From: Labilithrix sp.
GTDB lineage: Bacteria; Myxococcota_A; Polyangia; Polyangiales; Polyangiaceae
NCBI GenBank assembly: GCA_026128965.1
Contig: JAHCIY010000002.1
Span: 1,744,468-1,808,467, forward strand
DNA: 64,000 nt
Direction: 5' to 3'
The notes under the pieces were generated by a model. It searched no databases and was not told where the DNA came from. It worked only from the letters and a program-made list of their open reading frames with translations. Position numbers and translations under genes: made by a program. This document shows positions 36,442 to 45,397 of this stretch, piece after piece (the stretch's first letter is position 1; the number at the start of each line of letters is the position of its first letter).

Positions 36442-37743
36442 TCAAGAACCGCGCGGGACGAGCTCGAGGATCTGGCCGTTCGTCTCGTCGCTCACGAAGA
36501 TCGTGCCGGCCGGGCCGACGCGCACGTCGCGGATGCGGGCGCGGCGGGCGGTGAGGAGGCGCTCCTCGCCGACGACGCGATCCTCGGAGATCGTGAGGCG
36601 AACGAGGTGCTCTCCGGCGAGCCCGCCGACGAAGAGGCTGCCGCGCCACGCCGGGAACGCCGCCGCGTCGTAGAACGCAGCGCCCGCCGGCGCGATGACG
36701 GGATCCCAGTAGTAGACCGGCTGCTCGATGCCGGCGGCGGCCGTGACGCCGGAACCGATCGTCGCGCCGGAGTAGTCGATGCCGTACGTCACCGTCGGCC
36801 AGCCGTAGTCCTTGCCGGGGCGGATGATGTTGACCTCGTCGCCGCCCCGCGCCCCGTGCTCGACCGTCCAGAGCTGGCCTGTCTTCGGGTGGAGCGCGGC
36901 CGACTGCGGGTTGCGGTGACCGCTCGAGAACACCTCCGGGAGCGCGCCCGGACGATTCACGTACGGGTTGTCGAGCGGGATGCTGCCGTCGAGGTTGAGG
37001 CGGATCACCTTGCCGTAGGAGCTTCCGAGATCGCGCGCGTTGCCGGCGCCGTTGCTCACGCCGCGCTCGCCGACGGTGACGAAGACGTGGCCGTCGCGAT
37101 CGAACACGATGCGCGAGCCGAAGTGGACGCTCGAGCTGCTCGTCTGCGTCATGCGCCAGATCGACTCGACGTTCGTGAGCGACGGGGTCGCGCCGCGCAC
37201 CAGCTTCGCGCGGGCGAGGACGAGGCCGTTGCCGCCGGTCCGCGGCTCGGAGTACGTGAAGTAGATCTGCGAGGTCTCTGCGAACGACGGCGCGAGCACG
37301 ACGTCGAGCAAACCTCCCTGGCCGCGCGCCGCGATCGCGGGGAGCCCGGCGAGCGGCTCGGAGAGGGCGCCGTTCTCCGCGATGATGCGCATCCGGCCCG
37401 GCCGCTCGGTCACGAGCTTCGCGCCGTCGGGGAGGAACGCGATCGCCCACGGCCGCGAGAGGCCGCTCGCCGTGACGCGCACGTCGAAGGCGACGTTCGT
37501 GCGATCGCCGGGGGAGCGCGTCTGCCCGCGAAATGCCGGTCGCTGACTCGAAGCGTTCGGCGGACGGTTCTCCACCGGTGTGCCGCTCGGCAGCACGGAG
37601 CGCGGCCCCCACGGATCGTCGTTCGCCGTCGCGTTCAGCTCGGAGGCCGACTCCTCCGTCGCATCGCTCGGTGCACAAGCGGCTCCCGCCACGATCAACA
37701 GCCAAATGCCCGCACGGGCCGCCCCACCAAGCACGTTCGCCAT
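36442..37743 (-). CDS. PQQ-dependent sugar dehydrogenase (soluble glucose/sorbosone dehydrogenase family)
   Basis: 433 aa with a signal peptide and beta-propeller SGDH blocks (LSRPWAIAFLPDG, GQGGLLDVVL, GHRNPQSAALHP, GGDEVNII, YGWP). Confidence 0.8.
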   Translation of the reverse strand: MANVLGGAARAGIWLLIVAGAACAPSDATEESASELNATANDDPWGPRSVLPSGTPVENRPPNASSQRPAFRGQTRSPGDRTNVAFDVRVTASGLSRPWAIAFLPDGAKLVTERPGRMRIIAENGALSEPLAGLPAIAARGQGGLLDVVLAPSFAETSQIYFTYSEPRTGGNGLVLARAKLVRGATPSLTNVESIWRMTQTSSSSVHFGSRIVFDRDGHVFVTVGERGVSNGAGNARDLGSSYGKVIRLNLDGSIPLDNPYVNRPGALPEVFSSGHRNPQSAALHPKTGQLWTVEHGARGGDEVNIIRPGKDYGWPTVTYGIDYSGATIGSGVTAAAGIEQPVYYWDPVIAPAGAAFYDAAAFPAWRGSLFVGGLAGEHLVRLTISEDRVVGEERLLTARRARIRDVRVGPAGTIFVSDETNGQILELVPRGS

Positions 37744-37865
37744 GGGCGCCGTCCTTAGCGCACACTCGCCGATTGTCGACGTCCGACGCGCAAATCGACG
37801 ACCCGCCCTGCAGACAGGTGCAAGATCCTGCCGAGATCACAGGAGAAAATTTCCTGAAACTTGGT

Positions 37866-37990
37866 TACTCAACGTCGGGGGCTTCGCCCCCGACACCCCC
37901 ACCCCAGACACGACCCTCGCGCTTCGCGCTCGGGGCGCTGCGCGCCCGCTTGCGCGGCCGCTTCTGGGGCCCCTCGCGCGCGCCGCGGGT
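37866..37990. repeat. REP-like palindromic element (copy 2)
   Basis: aacGTCGGGGGCTTCGCCCCCGACacccccaccccagacacg...gcggccgcttctggggcccc. Near-identical to the element at 19574. Confidence 0.5.
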
Positions 37991-38129
37991 GAGCGTGAGG
38001 GCCATGCGAGCGGGCCCGCTGCTGGGGGCCGCTGCCAATCGCCGCGCTCATGGGGCCGGATTTGGCGCTCGCATGCGCAGGCGAGCGTGACGGCCGTGCG
38101 CGATGCGGCGGCGAGATCGCTTCTGGGGC

Positions 38130-38430
38130 CTTCGCGTGAGTGCGAGGGTCGGGCGCGACGCAGCGGGGAAAGCGGGGGCCCCGCGACCGCGGCCGCCCCA
38201 GCGGTTGCGAAGCGCCCCGAGCGCAGCGACGTCCGTGCGCGACGCAGCGGGGGAAGCGGGGGCCCCGCGACCGCGGCCGCCCCAGCGGTTGCGAAGCAAC
38301 CCGAGCGCGAAAGCGCGAGGGCCGTGGTCGCGGGGCGGGGGTGTCGGGGGCAGAGCCCCCGACCATGAAGAGAGGGCCGTGGTCGCGGGGCGGGGGTGTC
38401 GGGGGCAGAGCCCCCGACCATGAAGAGACT
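38130..38430. repeat. Composite repeat nest: 2 x about 70-bp direct repeats plus 2 x about 52-bp inverted REP copies
   Basis: Direct repeats at 38146-38215 and 38221-38290 (cgcgacgcagcgggg.aagcgggggccccgcgaccgcggccgccccagcggttgcgaagc). Two tandem copies of gagggccgtggtcgcggggcgggggtgtcgggggcagagcccccgaccatgaaga are the reverse complement of the REP core. Confidence 0.5.
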
Positions 38431-38804
38431 CAGGCGCCCGGTTTGCCCTTGTCGCAATGGCCGCCGCCGGCGTGGCCGCCGCGGTGCGGGGAGGCGGCGC
38501 GGACGGCGGCGGCTTCGTCCTTCGTGACGGTGCCGTCGGCGATCGCCTTTGCGACCTCGGCGTTGACCTTCGCGATGTTCGCCTCGAACTTCGCGCGGAG
38601 CTCCTTCGCTTGCTCCGCCGTGAGCTTGCTCGCCCGCTTCTCCATGTGCTCGCGCGCCTTCGCCTGGCGCGCGTCGACACGCTGCTTGAACGTCGCGGCC
38701 GGCATCGGAAAGCTCGGCTTGTCGTCCGCGAAGGCGGGGACCGCCGCGAGGACACCAAACGCCACGACCACCAGACCGATCATCTTCGAACGCATGTTCA
38801 TCAT
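38430..38804 (-). CDS. Small secreted helical protein, hypothetical
   Basis: Signal peptide (MIGLVVVAFGVLAAVPAFA) followed by a K/A/E-rich helical region. The 3' end runs into the repeat nest. Confidence 0.42.
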   Translation of the reverse strand: MMNMRSKMIGLVVVAFGVLAAVPAFADDKPSFPMPAATFKQRVDARQAKAREHMEKRASKLTAEQAKELRAKFEANIAKVNAEVAKAIADGTVTKDEAAAVRAASPHRGGHAGGGHCDKGKPGA

Positions 38805-39107
38805 CTCCTTGTGAGGGACAGACGGGCGGGCCGCGCGAGGAATGCCGGGGTTTACGGTGCTTTACGGCCGCCCAGTCATGAGCGCCCCTCGTTCCAGGAT
38901 AGATGCATAATATCAAGTAGTTAACGTCCGTCAAAACGCGATATGGGCTGGCATTCCACTTACCCCTACAGTCGTCATGACTCGGGCGATCGCGTTGCTG
39001 CTCCTCTCTGCTGTCGCGGCGTGCGGCGACGACGGAACCAGGACAAGGAACGCCAACGGCGGCAACCTCCGCTTCACCGCGAACGTGAAGCCCTGAGGCG
39101 GAGCGGA

Positions 39108-39938
39108 TCAGGACGACGCGCCCGACCGCCGCGCGCGGACGTCGGCGATCCACGCGTCGATGAGCTGGCGCGCGATGCTGAGAGGAGGCGGGATCATCGG
39201 CAGATCGTCGATCGCGAACCACTTCGCGTCGGACAGCTCGGTCGGATCGATCGCGATCTCTCCCGCGCGCCACTCCGCGGTGAAGGCGATCATGAGCGAG
39301 TTCGGGAACGGCCACGGCTGGCTCCCGAAGTAGCGGACGTCTCCGACCGTGACGCCGGACTCCTCCCGCACCTCGCGCACGAGCGTCTCTTCGAGCGACT
39401 CGCCGATCTCCGCGAAGCCCGCGAGCGTGCTGTAAAAGACGCCGGGGAACTTCGCGTTCGACGCGAGCAACGCGAGGTCGCCTTTGCGGACGAGCGTGAT
39501 GATCGCGGGAGAGATGCGCGGGTAGAGATGGAGCCTGCAGGTCGGACACGCCATCGCGCGCTCGCTGTCGTGCGGCGCCGTCTTCGTCCCGCAGCGCCCG
39601 CAGAAGCGGCTCGTCGTGAGCCAGTCGGCGGTGTGCATCGCGCGGCCCGCCACGCCGAAGAGCGACGCGTCGAGCATCGCCGCGAGCGCGCGGAGCGCGA
39701 AGAGCTCGAACGGCGCCTCGATGCGGCCGGCGATGGGGACGACGAGCGCGTCGGTGTCGTCGAGCGAGCCGAGGCGATGCGCGTCCTTCGCGTCGAGGCC
39801 GAGCGCCGCGACGTCCTCGTCGGACGGGAAGACGATGCGCTCGCCGTCGCGCCGCGCGACGAGGCCTTTGGGATGGACCACGAACCACGTCCGTCGCGCG
39901 TGCGCGTGCGTCGGGTCCACCTGCGGGACGAAATTCAT
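39108..39938 (-). CDS. nudC: NADH pyrophosphatase (NUDIX hydrolase with zinc ribbon)
   Basis: Zinc-ribbon cysteines CGRCG...CPTC. NUDIX box (GFAEIGESLEETLVREVREESGV). 276 aa. Confidence 0.72.
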   Translation of the reverse strand: MNFVPQVDPTHAHARRTWFVVHPKGLVARRDGERIVFPSDEDVAALGLDAKDAHRLGSLDDTDALVVPIAGRIEAPFELFALRALAAMLDASLFGVAGRAMHTADWLTTSRFCGRCGTKTAPHDSERAMACPTCRLHLYPRISPAIITLVRKGDLALLASNAKFPGVFYSTLAGFAEIGESLEETLVREVREESGVTVGDVRYFGSQPWPFPNSLMIAFTAEWRAGEIAIDPTELSDAKWFAIDDLPMIPPPLSIARQLIDAWIADVRARRSGASS

Positions 39939-40486
39939 GCGTGGCCGATTCTATCCTCCGTCCGGCCCTCCGCTCGCCAGTAGCTCACCGTCGCGAGCAC
40001 GCCCGCGATCGCGGTCGCGCCGGCGAGGACGTGGAGGCCGGGCCAGCGCACGACCGCCGCGATGACCGCGCCGAACTGGAGCAACGTCGTCAGCTTGCCG
40101 AACGGCGCGTGCGGGTGCGGCCGGAAGAGCGTGTGCCAGTCCTTCGCCGCGAGGCGGAGCGCGATCGCGAGCTCGCCCACGTCGCGCACCCCGAGCAAAA
40201 GGGCCTCAGTGAGCGTGAGCGCGCCGGAGACGACGAGCGCGACGGCGACGACGCCGACGAACAGCTTGTCCGTGACCGCGTCGAGCACCGCGCCGGCGGG
40301 GGTCTCCTGGTGGAAGCGGCGCGCGACCCAGCCGTCGAGCACGTCGGAGAGGCCCGCGAGCGCGAGGGCGCCGAGCGCGATCGGCGCGTTCCGGACGTGG
40401 GCGGCGAAGACGACGGCGAGCGGCAGGCGCGTGAAGCTGATGAGCCCGGGCACCCGGACGAGATCGCGCGCGGCATAGACGGACAT
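39935..40486 (-). CDS. CDP-alcohol phosphatidyltransferase family protein
   Basis: Motif D-x2-DG-x2-AR...G...D-x3-D (SDVLDGWVARRF...LDAVTDKL) with multiple TM helices. Overlaps nudC by 4 nt. Confidence 0.7.
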   Translation of the reverse strand: MSVYAARDLVRVPGLISFTRLPLAVVFAAHVRNAPIALGALALAGLSDVLDGWVARRFHQETPAGAVLDAVTDKLFVGVVAVALVVSGALTLTEALLLGVRDVGELAIALRLAAKDWHTLFRPHPHAPFGKLTTLLQFGAVIAAVVRWPGLHVLAGATAIAGVLATVSYWRAEGRTEDRIGHA

Positions 40487-40533
40487 CGACGGAGGTCGAC
40501 GATGCAGGACGAGTGCCAGTAAGGTGCGCGGCG

Positions 40534-41088
40534 ATGCCCTGGAAGATCGTGAACCTGGATTACCAAGCGTCGCGGCCGCACCTCCACCTCAAGGACCCGA
40601 ACGCGCCCATCCACCTCCGCTCGTATTTCGCCGAGTCGCGCGTCGAGATCGGGCTCGGCGCCGACGATCCGGAGGACTGCTTCGTCCGCGCGCTCGTCAC
40701 GCCGGACGACGTGCTCGTGAAGGCGACGAAGTTCGAGCCGCTCCACGTCCAGATCCTCGGCTCGATCCTGAGCTCCCTCGACGTCGAGCCGGGCGAGCGC
40801 GACGCCGCGCTCGGCTGGATGCAAGACTTGCTGCGCGACCGGCAAGCCGTGCGCGAGCCAGGCGGCATGTTGCGCGGCAACGTCGAGTCGTTTCCCGCGC
40901 CGACCGGGTGGCCTTACGACCTCACCGACGAGGCGCTCCTCGAGTCGCTCGACGATCGCGAGGGCACGCCGCACACCCGCCGCAACGCGCTCCTCCGTGA
41001 GGCGCAGCGTCGGGGCCTCGGGCTGCCGCCGCGCCCTCAGGGCCGCGGCGGCAGCCCGGAGGTCATCGTGCAGCGTCCGCGTCGTTGA
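40534..41088 (+). CDS. Hypothetical protein
   Basis: Natural composition and high GC3. Start chosen at ATG 40534 (MPWKIVNL), though GTG 40513 is also possible. Confidence 0.42.
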   Translation: MPWKIVNLDYQASRPHLHLKDPNAPIHLRSYFAESRVEIGLGADDPEDCFVRALVTPDDVLVKATKFEPLHVQILGSILSSLDVEPGERDAALGWMQDLLRDRQAVREPGGMLRGNVESFPAPTGWPYDLTDEALLESLDDREGTPHTRRNALLREAQRRGLGLPPRPQGRGGSPEVIVQRPRR

Positions 41089-41323
41089 CGCCGACGGGCT
41101 CCTCCTCTTCTTCCTCCTCGACCTCTTCGACCCACACGCGCGGCCGCTGCATCATGAGCTTCCGCTCCTCGTCGTGGAGGCGGTACCGATCCATCAGCGC
41201 GAGTCGCCCCGCGACGCCCGGGCTCACGTGGATGATCGGCGTGACCCCCTCGGCCGTGCGCGGCGCCGCGCACCCGGCGGCGAGGGCGACGGCGACGAGG
41301 GCAAGGAGGCGCGGCATGAGCAT
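41063..41323 (-). CDS. Small lipoprotein with poly-Glu stretch
   Basis: MPRLLALVAVALAAGCAAP lipobox; 86 aa with high GC3. Confidence 0.33.
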   Translation of the reverse strand: MLMPRLLALVAVALAAGCAAPRTAEGVTPIIHVSPGVAGRLALMDRYRLHDEERKLMMQRPRVWVEEVEEEEEEEPVGVNDADAAR

Positions 41324-41407
41324 GGAACACGGACCCGCGGCCGGGCTTGGATCATCATCGCTCGGCCGCCGGCGCGGTCAAGCGCGGCCGCCGAAAGAGG
41401 CGGACGC

Positions 41408-42088
41408 GTGATCGCTTCAAGCGAGCTCCTGGCGACGTTCGTGAAAGGTGTCGTCGTCTTCGCGAGCACTAACGTCGACGACGTCGTGCTCCTCACGGTC
41501 CTCTTCGCGGATCCGACGCTGCGGCCGCGCGCGGTCGTCGGCGGGCAGGTCCTCGGGATCGCCGTCCTCGTCGGCGCGAGCGTGGCGGTGGCCGCCTTCG
41601 CCGTCGCGGTCCCCGCGCGATGGATCTCGCTCGTCGGGATCGTTCCGCTCGCGCTCGGGCTGTACAAAGGCGTCGAGGTCCTTCGCGCGCGCGGCGTGGA
41701 CGAGGGCGGGCCGCCGAAGGAGCGGCTCGCCGGTGCGTCGCAGGTCCTCGCCGTCGCGGCGGTGACGATCGCGAACGGCGGCGACAACCTCGGCGTGTAC
41801 GTCCCGCTCTTCGCGGTCGAGCGACGGCACCTCTTCGTCTACGTCCCCGTCTTCGCGGTGATGACCGCGCTCTGGTGCGCGCTCGCGTTCCGCCTCGTCG
41901 ACAACCAAGCGGTGAGGAGCAAGGTCCGGCGCTACGGGCGCGTCGTCCTGCCGATCGTCCTCGTCCTCCTCGGGCTCCAGATCCTGGCGGGAGGTCAGGG
42001 CGGCGGGAGGATCCCGCTCTTCGGACGTGGATCCACCTTCGGTCCGCCGAACGTCGTCGCGAGCGCGAGGTTCACGATCGCGGGGTAG
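41408..42088 (+). CDS. CadD-family cadmium-resistance transporter
   Basis: GTG start in frame with ORF 40997..42088. N-terminus LLATFVKGVVVFASTNVDDVVLLTVLFA and five to six TM helices match the CadD family. Confidence 0.68.
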   Translation: MIASSELLATFVKGVVVFASTNVDDVVLLTVLFADPTLRPRAVVGGQVLGIAVLVGASVAVAAFAVAVPARWISLVGIVPLALGLYKGVEVLRARGVDEGGPPKERLAGASQVLAVAAVTIANGGDNLGVYVPLFAVERRHLFVYVPVFAVMTALWCALAFRLVDNQAVRSKVRRYGRVVLPIVLVLLGLQILAGGQGGGRIPLFGRGSTFGPPNVVASARFTIAG

Positions 42089-43074
42089 GTGAGCTGGCCC
42101 GGGTCCTGGTCGTGGGTGTGACCCGGATCGATGAAGTGCTGGTAGACCGGCACGCGGATCGAAGCGGAGAGCACGAGCGTGTCGAGGGCGTAGCTCACCA
42201 TGCCGCCGGCGAGCACGTCGGTGCGGCCGACGTTGCCGTCTTGCTGGATGACGCGGCGCCACCGCTCGGGCTGCTCGTTCAGCACGTCCGCGCCGAGGCC
42301 GACGCGGAGCCGCTTCACGACCTCGACGTCGCCGGCGACGCCCGCCGTGTAGCGGTTGCCCGCGAGGTAGCGCCGGGCGTTCTCGTAGACGAAGAGCATC
42401 GCCTGCGCGTAGCCGCCGGCGCGCACGCTCCCGAACGAACGACCGGCGTCGAGCGCGAAGACCGGGGCGAACGTGCCGGTGCCGAACTGGATGTGCTGGT
42501 GCTCGAGGCCGGCGCGTCCGCGCGCGAAGGGGTCCTCCTCCGTGCTCCCGACCGGCAGCGCGACCCCCGCGCGCGCCGTGACCGCGAGCGCGCCGACCGC
42601 GCCCGTCATCCGGCCGAAGAGCCACGGATCGCCGAGGCCGTAGAGCGTCTCGTCGCGGTGATGGATGTTCTGGTAGTCCGGCGCGAACGCGGTGCCGTCG
42701 AGCCGGCGGAACGTGATCGTGGTGCTCACGACGCGGAGCGGCACCTGCGCCTCGAGCGCGAAGCGATCGGTAATGCCCAATGCGAGAATGGGGCGGAGCT
42801 CGGCGACGTAGAAGCGCTGATCGTGAATCTGCGCGGGCTCGTCGCGCTGATTGCATATCGGGCCGATGTCGGGACAGTGCTCCGAGTGCGTGACGTGCAT
42901 CGTCGTCGCGGTGAGGTTGAATGCGAGCGAGAGCTCGCCCGGATGCAAATAGGCAATCGCGGTGCGCGCGGTCGGCAAATTGGGATTGCTGCACCCCGCG
43001 CACGCGGCGGCGGTGCGCTCGGCGAGCGAGGCCCCGAGAAAGGCGACGAGCGCGAGCGCTGTCAGGCGCTTCAT
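41995..43074 (-). CDS. Secreted hypothetical protein (possible beta-barrel)
   Basis: Real start MKRLTALALVAFLGASLA inside ORF 41995..43992. 359 aa, Cys cluster after the signal, alternating beta-strand-like composition. Its ATG overlaps the TGA of the upstream gene. Confidence 0.5.
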   Translation of the reverse strand: MKRLTALALVAFLGASLAERTAAACAGCSNPNLPTARTAIAYLHPGELSLAFNLTATTMHVTHSEHCPDIGPICNQRDEPAQIHDQRFYVAELRPILALGITDRFALEAQVPLRVVSTTITFRRLDGTAFAPDYQNIHHRDETLYGLGDPWLFGRMTGAVGALAVTARAGVALPVGSTEEDPFARGRAGLEHQHIQFGTGTFAPVFALDAGRSFGSVRAGGYAQAMLFVYENARRYLAGNRYTAGVAGDVEVVKRLRVGLGADVLNEQPERWRRVIQQDGNVGRTDVLAGGMVSYALDTLVLSASIRVPVYQHFIDPGHTHDQDPGQLTYPAIVNLALATTFGGPKVDPRPKSGILPPP

Positions 43075-43724
43075 TGCGCGCGGGCTTCGGCGATCGTGCG
43101 GTCGATGAGCGCGAGGTCGGCGCCGTAGAGCGCGCGGAAGCGCTTGCCCTTCGGTCCGTACACGATGATGAGCGGCAACGTCGGGACGTCCTTCACGTAG
43201 CGCTGCCCGAGCGCGGACTCCCACTCCACGATGTTGAGCTTGCGGTACGCGAGCTCCGTCTCGCCGCCGGCGAGCCGCTTGTAGACGTGGCCGTCGACCT
43301 TGCGGCAGACCGCGCACCACTCCGCGTAGAACTCGAAGACGGTGACCTTGCCGGGAGCGGCGTGCGCGTCGAGGTCGGGCACGTCCTCGCCTTCCTTCGA
43401 GAGCCACGCGACGTCGGCGCCCTCGGGCAGCTTCGGGAGCGGCTCGAAGGTGAGGTCGGGGTGGCACTCGAGGCACTGCGACTCTGGCACGCCGTGCGGC
43501 TTGCACCAGTCGCCCGCGCGCTGGAATTGCGCGACGAGCTCGGGGTGGTGCTTCGTGCAGACCTGCGCCGGCACCTTGTGCTCGCAGAGCACGATGTCGC
43601 CCTCGACGCGCGAGAGCTCCGACAGCTTGCCGTGGGGCGTGCCCGCGGTCCCGGCCGGCGGCGGGGAAGACGCGCACGCCGCGAGCACGAGCGCGGCGGC
43701 GCAGAAGTGAAAGACGTTCCTCAT
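43071..43724 (-). CDS. Thioredoxin-like lipoprotein with Cys/His-rich N-terminal region
   Basis: Signal MRNVFHFCAAALVLAAC; CxxC active site WCAVC. The N-terminus carries CEHKVPAQVCTKHHPE...WCKPHG...CLECHPD, suggesting metal binding. Confidence 0.58.
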   Translation of the reverse strand: MRNVFHFCAAALVLAACASSPPPAGTAGTPHGKLSELSRVEGDIVLCEHKVPAQVCTKHHPELVAQFQRAGDWCKPHGVPESQCLECHPDLTFEPLPKLPEGADVAWLSKEGEDVPDLDAHAAPGKVTVFEFYAEWCAVCRKVDGHVYKRLAGGETELAYRKLNIVEWESALGQRYVKDVPTLPLIIVYGPKGKRFRALYGADLALIDRTIAEARAQ

Positions 43725-43766
43725 CGGCGGGGCAGACAGAGGAAACGCGCGGAACATTACACGCGA

Positions 43767-44285
43767 TTACACACAATCGCACTCGAGGCACGAGCCGAGC
43801 GAGGTCGTCCCGCACGTCGAGGCGAGGCGGTCGCGCAGGCTCTTCCGCGCGCGGTGGAGGCGCACGGTGACGTTGTTCGTCGTCGTCCCGAGCGCGGCCG
43901 CGACGTCGGCGATGGGCTCGTCGCCGAGGTCGACGCGGCGGACCACCTCCGCGTACGCGGGGGCGAGCGTGTCGAGGAGGCCGAGGCTGCACGCGCAGAG
44001 CGCGGGGTCCTCCGGCGCGACGTCCTCAGCGGCTTCGAGCAGCGGGCGCTTCTCGTCCCACGCGCGGGCGCGGGCGCGCTCGTCGGCGAGGCGGCGGCGG
44101 AGGATGCGGTAGAACCACGCCACCGCGCGCTCTTCGTCGCGGAGCTGCGCGACCTTCGCCGTCGCGGTCAGGAGGGCGTGCTGGAGGACATCCTCCACGT
44201 CGGTGCCGGGGCGCACGCGGCGGCGCAGAAACGCGAGGAGCTCCGGGCGTCGTTCGAGGACGCGGTCGAGCGCGGAGACGGCCAT
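43767..44285 (-). CDS. ECF sigma factor with C-terminal Cys cluster
   Basis: Regions 2 and 4 present (DVLQHALLTATAKV, DLGDEPIADVAAALGTTTNNVTVRLHRARKSL). The C-terminal tail ends CGTTSLGSCLECDCV. Confidence 0.72.
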   Translation of the reverse strand: MAVSALDRVLERRPELLAFLRRRVRPGTDVEDVLQHALLTATAKVAQLRDEERAVAWFYRILRRRLADERARARAWDEKRPLLEAAEDVAPEDPALCACSLGLLDTLAPAYAEVVRRVDLGDEPIADVAAALGTTTNNVTVRLHRARKSLRDRLASTCGTTSLGSCLECDCV

Positions 44286-44331
44286 GGCGAGAGCATGGAT
44301 CGGCCGCGCGCGGAGGGGAAGCGGGTCGCGA

Positions 44332-45321
44332 CTACTTGATCGCGTAGTCGATGTTCATGTCCTTGCCGCCGCGCGAGAGCGAGATCGTGAGCTTGTCGGC
44401 GGTGCGGAGGCGCGCGTATGCCTCGAGCGCCTTCTCGGGGCTGCCCATGTCGAAGCCGTTGATCGTCTTCAGCGTGTCGCCGTTCTGCATCCCGAGCACG
44501 CCGAGGAGGGCGTCGGACTTGATGCCGTTCAGCCGGACGCCGACGACCTTGCCGTTCTCCTGCACCGGCACGACGCGCGCCTGACGCATGAGCTCGGCCT
44601 GGTTCTCCAGGATCTTGTCGAGGATGCCGCGATCGATCTGGAACTCGGTCGGGCTCACCTGCTTGATGCCGCTCTTCATGTCGGCGGAGAGCGGCGGCGC
44701 TCCTCGGCGGGCGCCGGTGGACGGGGCGGCGGAGGACGACGCCGCGGGCGCGGGGGCCGGCGCGGCGGGGGGCGGCGCCTTCTTGGCGTCGAAGAGCGAG
44801 GCCTGGCAGAGCTGGCCGCTGCTCGTGAGCCACACGCGGTCCCAGCCGATGAAGTGCACCGTCTTGCCGCCGACGTCGCTGCCGCGACGCGCGAGCTGCG
44901 GCTTGCCGCCTTCGCCCGCGAACGACGCGAACGACCACGCCTCGTCGTCGCTCGCCGCGATCGCCTTCACGACGACGCCTTCGCACGCCGGCGCGCTCCA
45001 CGGATCGCTCGTGTCGATCGGTCCGGTGGGCTCGCCGTCGCCGCTCTCCTCTACCGGCTTCGTGTCGAGCGGGCCCGCGACGTGATCGAACGCGTTGCGA
45101 TGGATGATCGGCGAGCCGTCCGTGCTGCGCGCCGACGCGGACCCGGCCGCGCCCGCGCCGCGGAGCGACACGTTGGGGGCGCGCGCGAGGTCCTTCTCGT
45201 CGACCGCCATCGTCGCCCCCACGAGCTGGGTCACCGCCTGCGCGTTGAGGAGCGCCGCCGTCGCCAGGAGCGGCAGCGGGACGACCCAGAAGTGCTTGCG
45301 GAGGAGCTGTGCGAACGCCAT
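44332..45321 (-). CDS. PDZ-domain protein (GspC-like), possible anti-sigma or periplasmic sensor
   Basis: N-terminal TM helix, Pro/Ala linker and C-terminal PDZ-like segment (VPVQENGKVVGVRLNGIKSDALLGVLGMQNGDTLKTING). Confidence 0.5.
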   Translation of the reverse strand: MAFAQLLRKHFWVVPLPLLATAALLNAQAVTQLVGATMAVDEKDLARAPNVSLRGAGAAGSASARSTDGSPIIHRNAFDHVAGPLDTKPVEESGDGEPTGPIDTSDPWSAPACEGVVVKAIAASDDEAWSFASFAGEGGKPQLARRGSDVGGKTVHFIGWDRVWLTSSGQLCQASLFDAKKAPPPAAPAPAPAASSSAAPSTGARRGAPPLSADMKSGIKQVSPTEFQIDRGILDKILENQAELMRQARVVPVQENGKVVGVRLNGIKSDALLGVLGMQNGDTLKTINGFDMGSPEKALEAYARLRTADKLTISLSRGGKDMNIDYAIK

Positions 45322-45397
45322 CGACGAGACCGTTGATGCTTTGAGGTCAAAGTACCAACGATCCCATCCCAGCGCGAGCGTCGAGTACGGTCCCGCT

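Noticed and set aside
38976-39096. 39-aa lipoprotein-like mini-ORF (MTRAIALLLLSAVAACGDDG...)
   Set aside because: Too short to support. It could be a remnant signal peptide of a lost gene.
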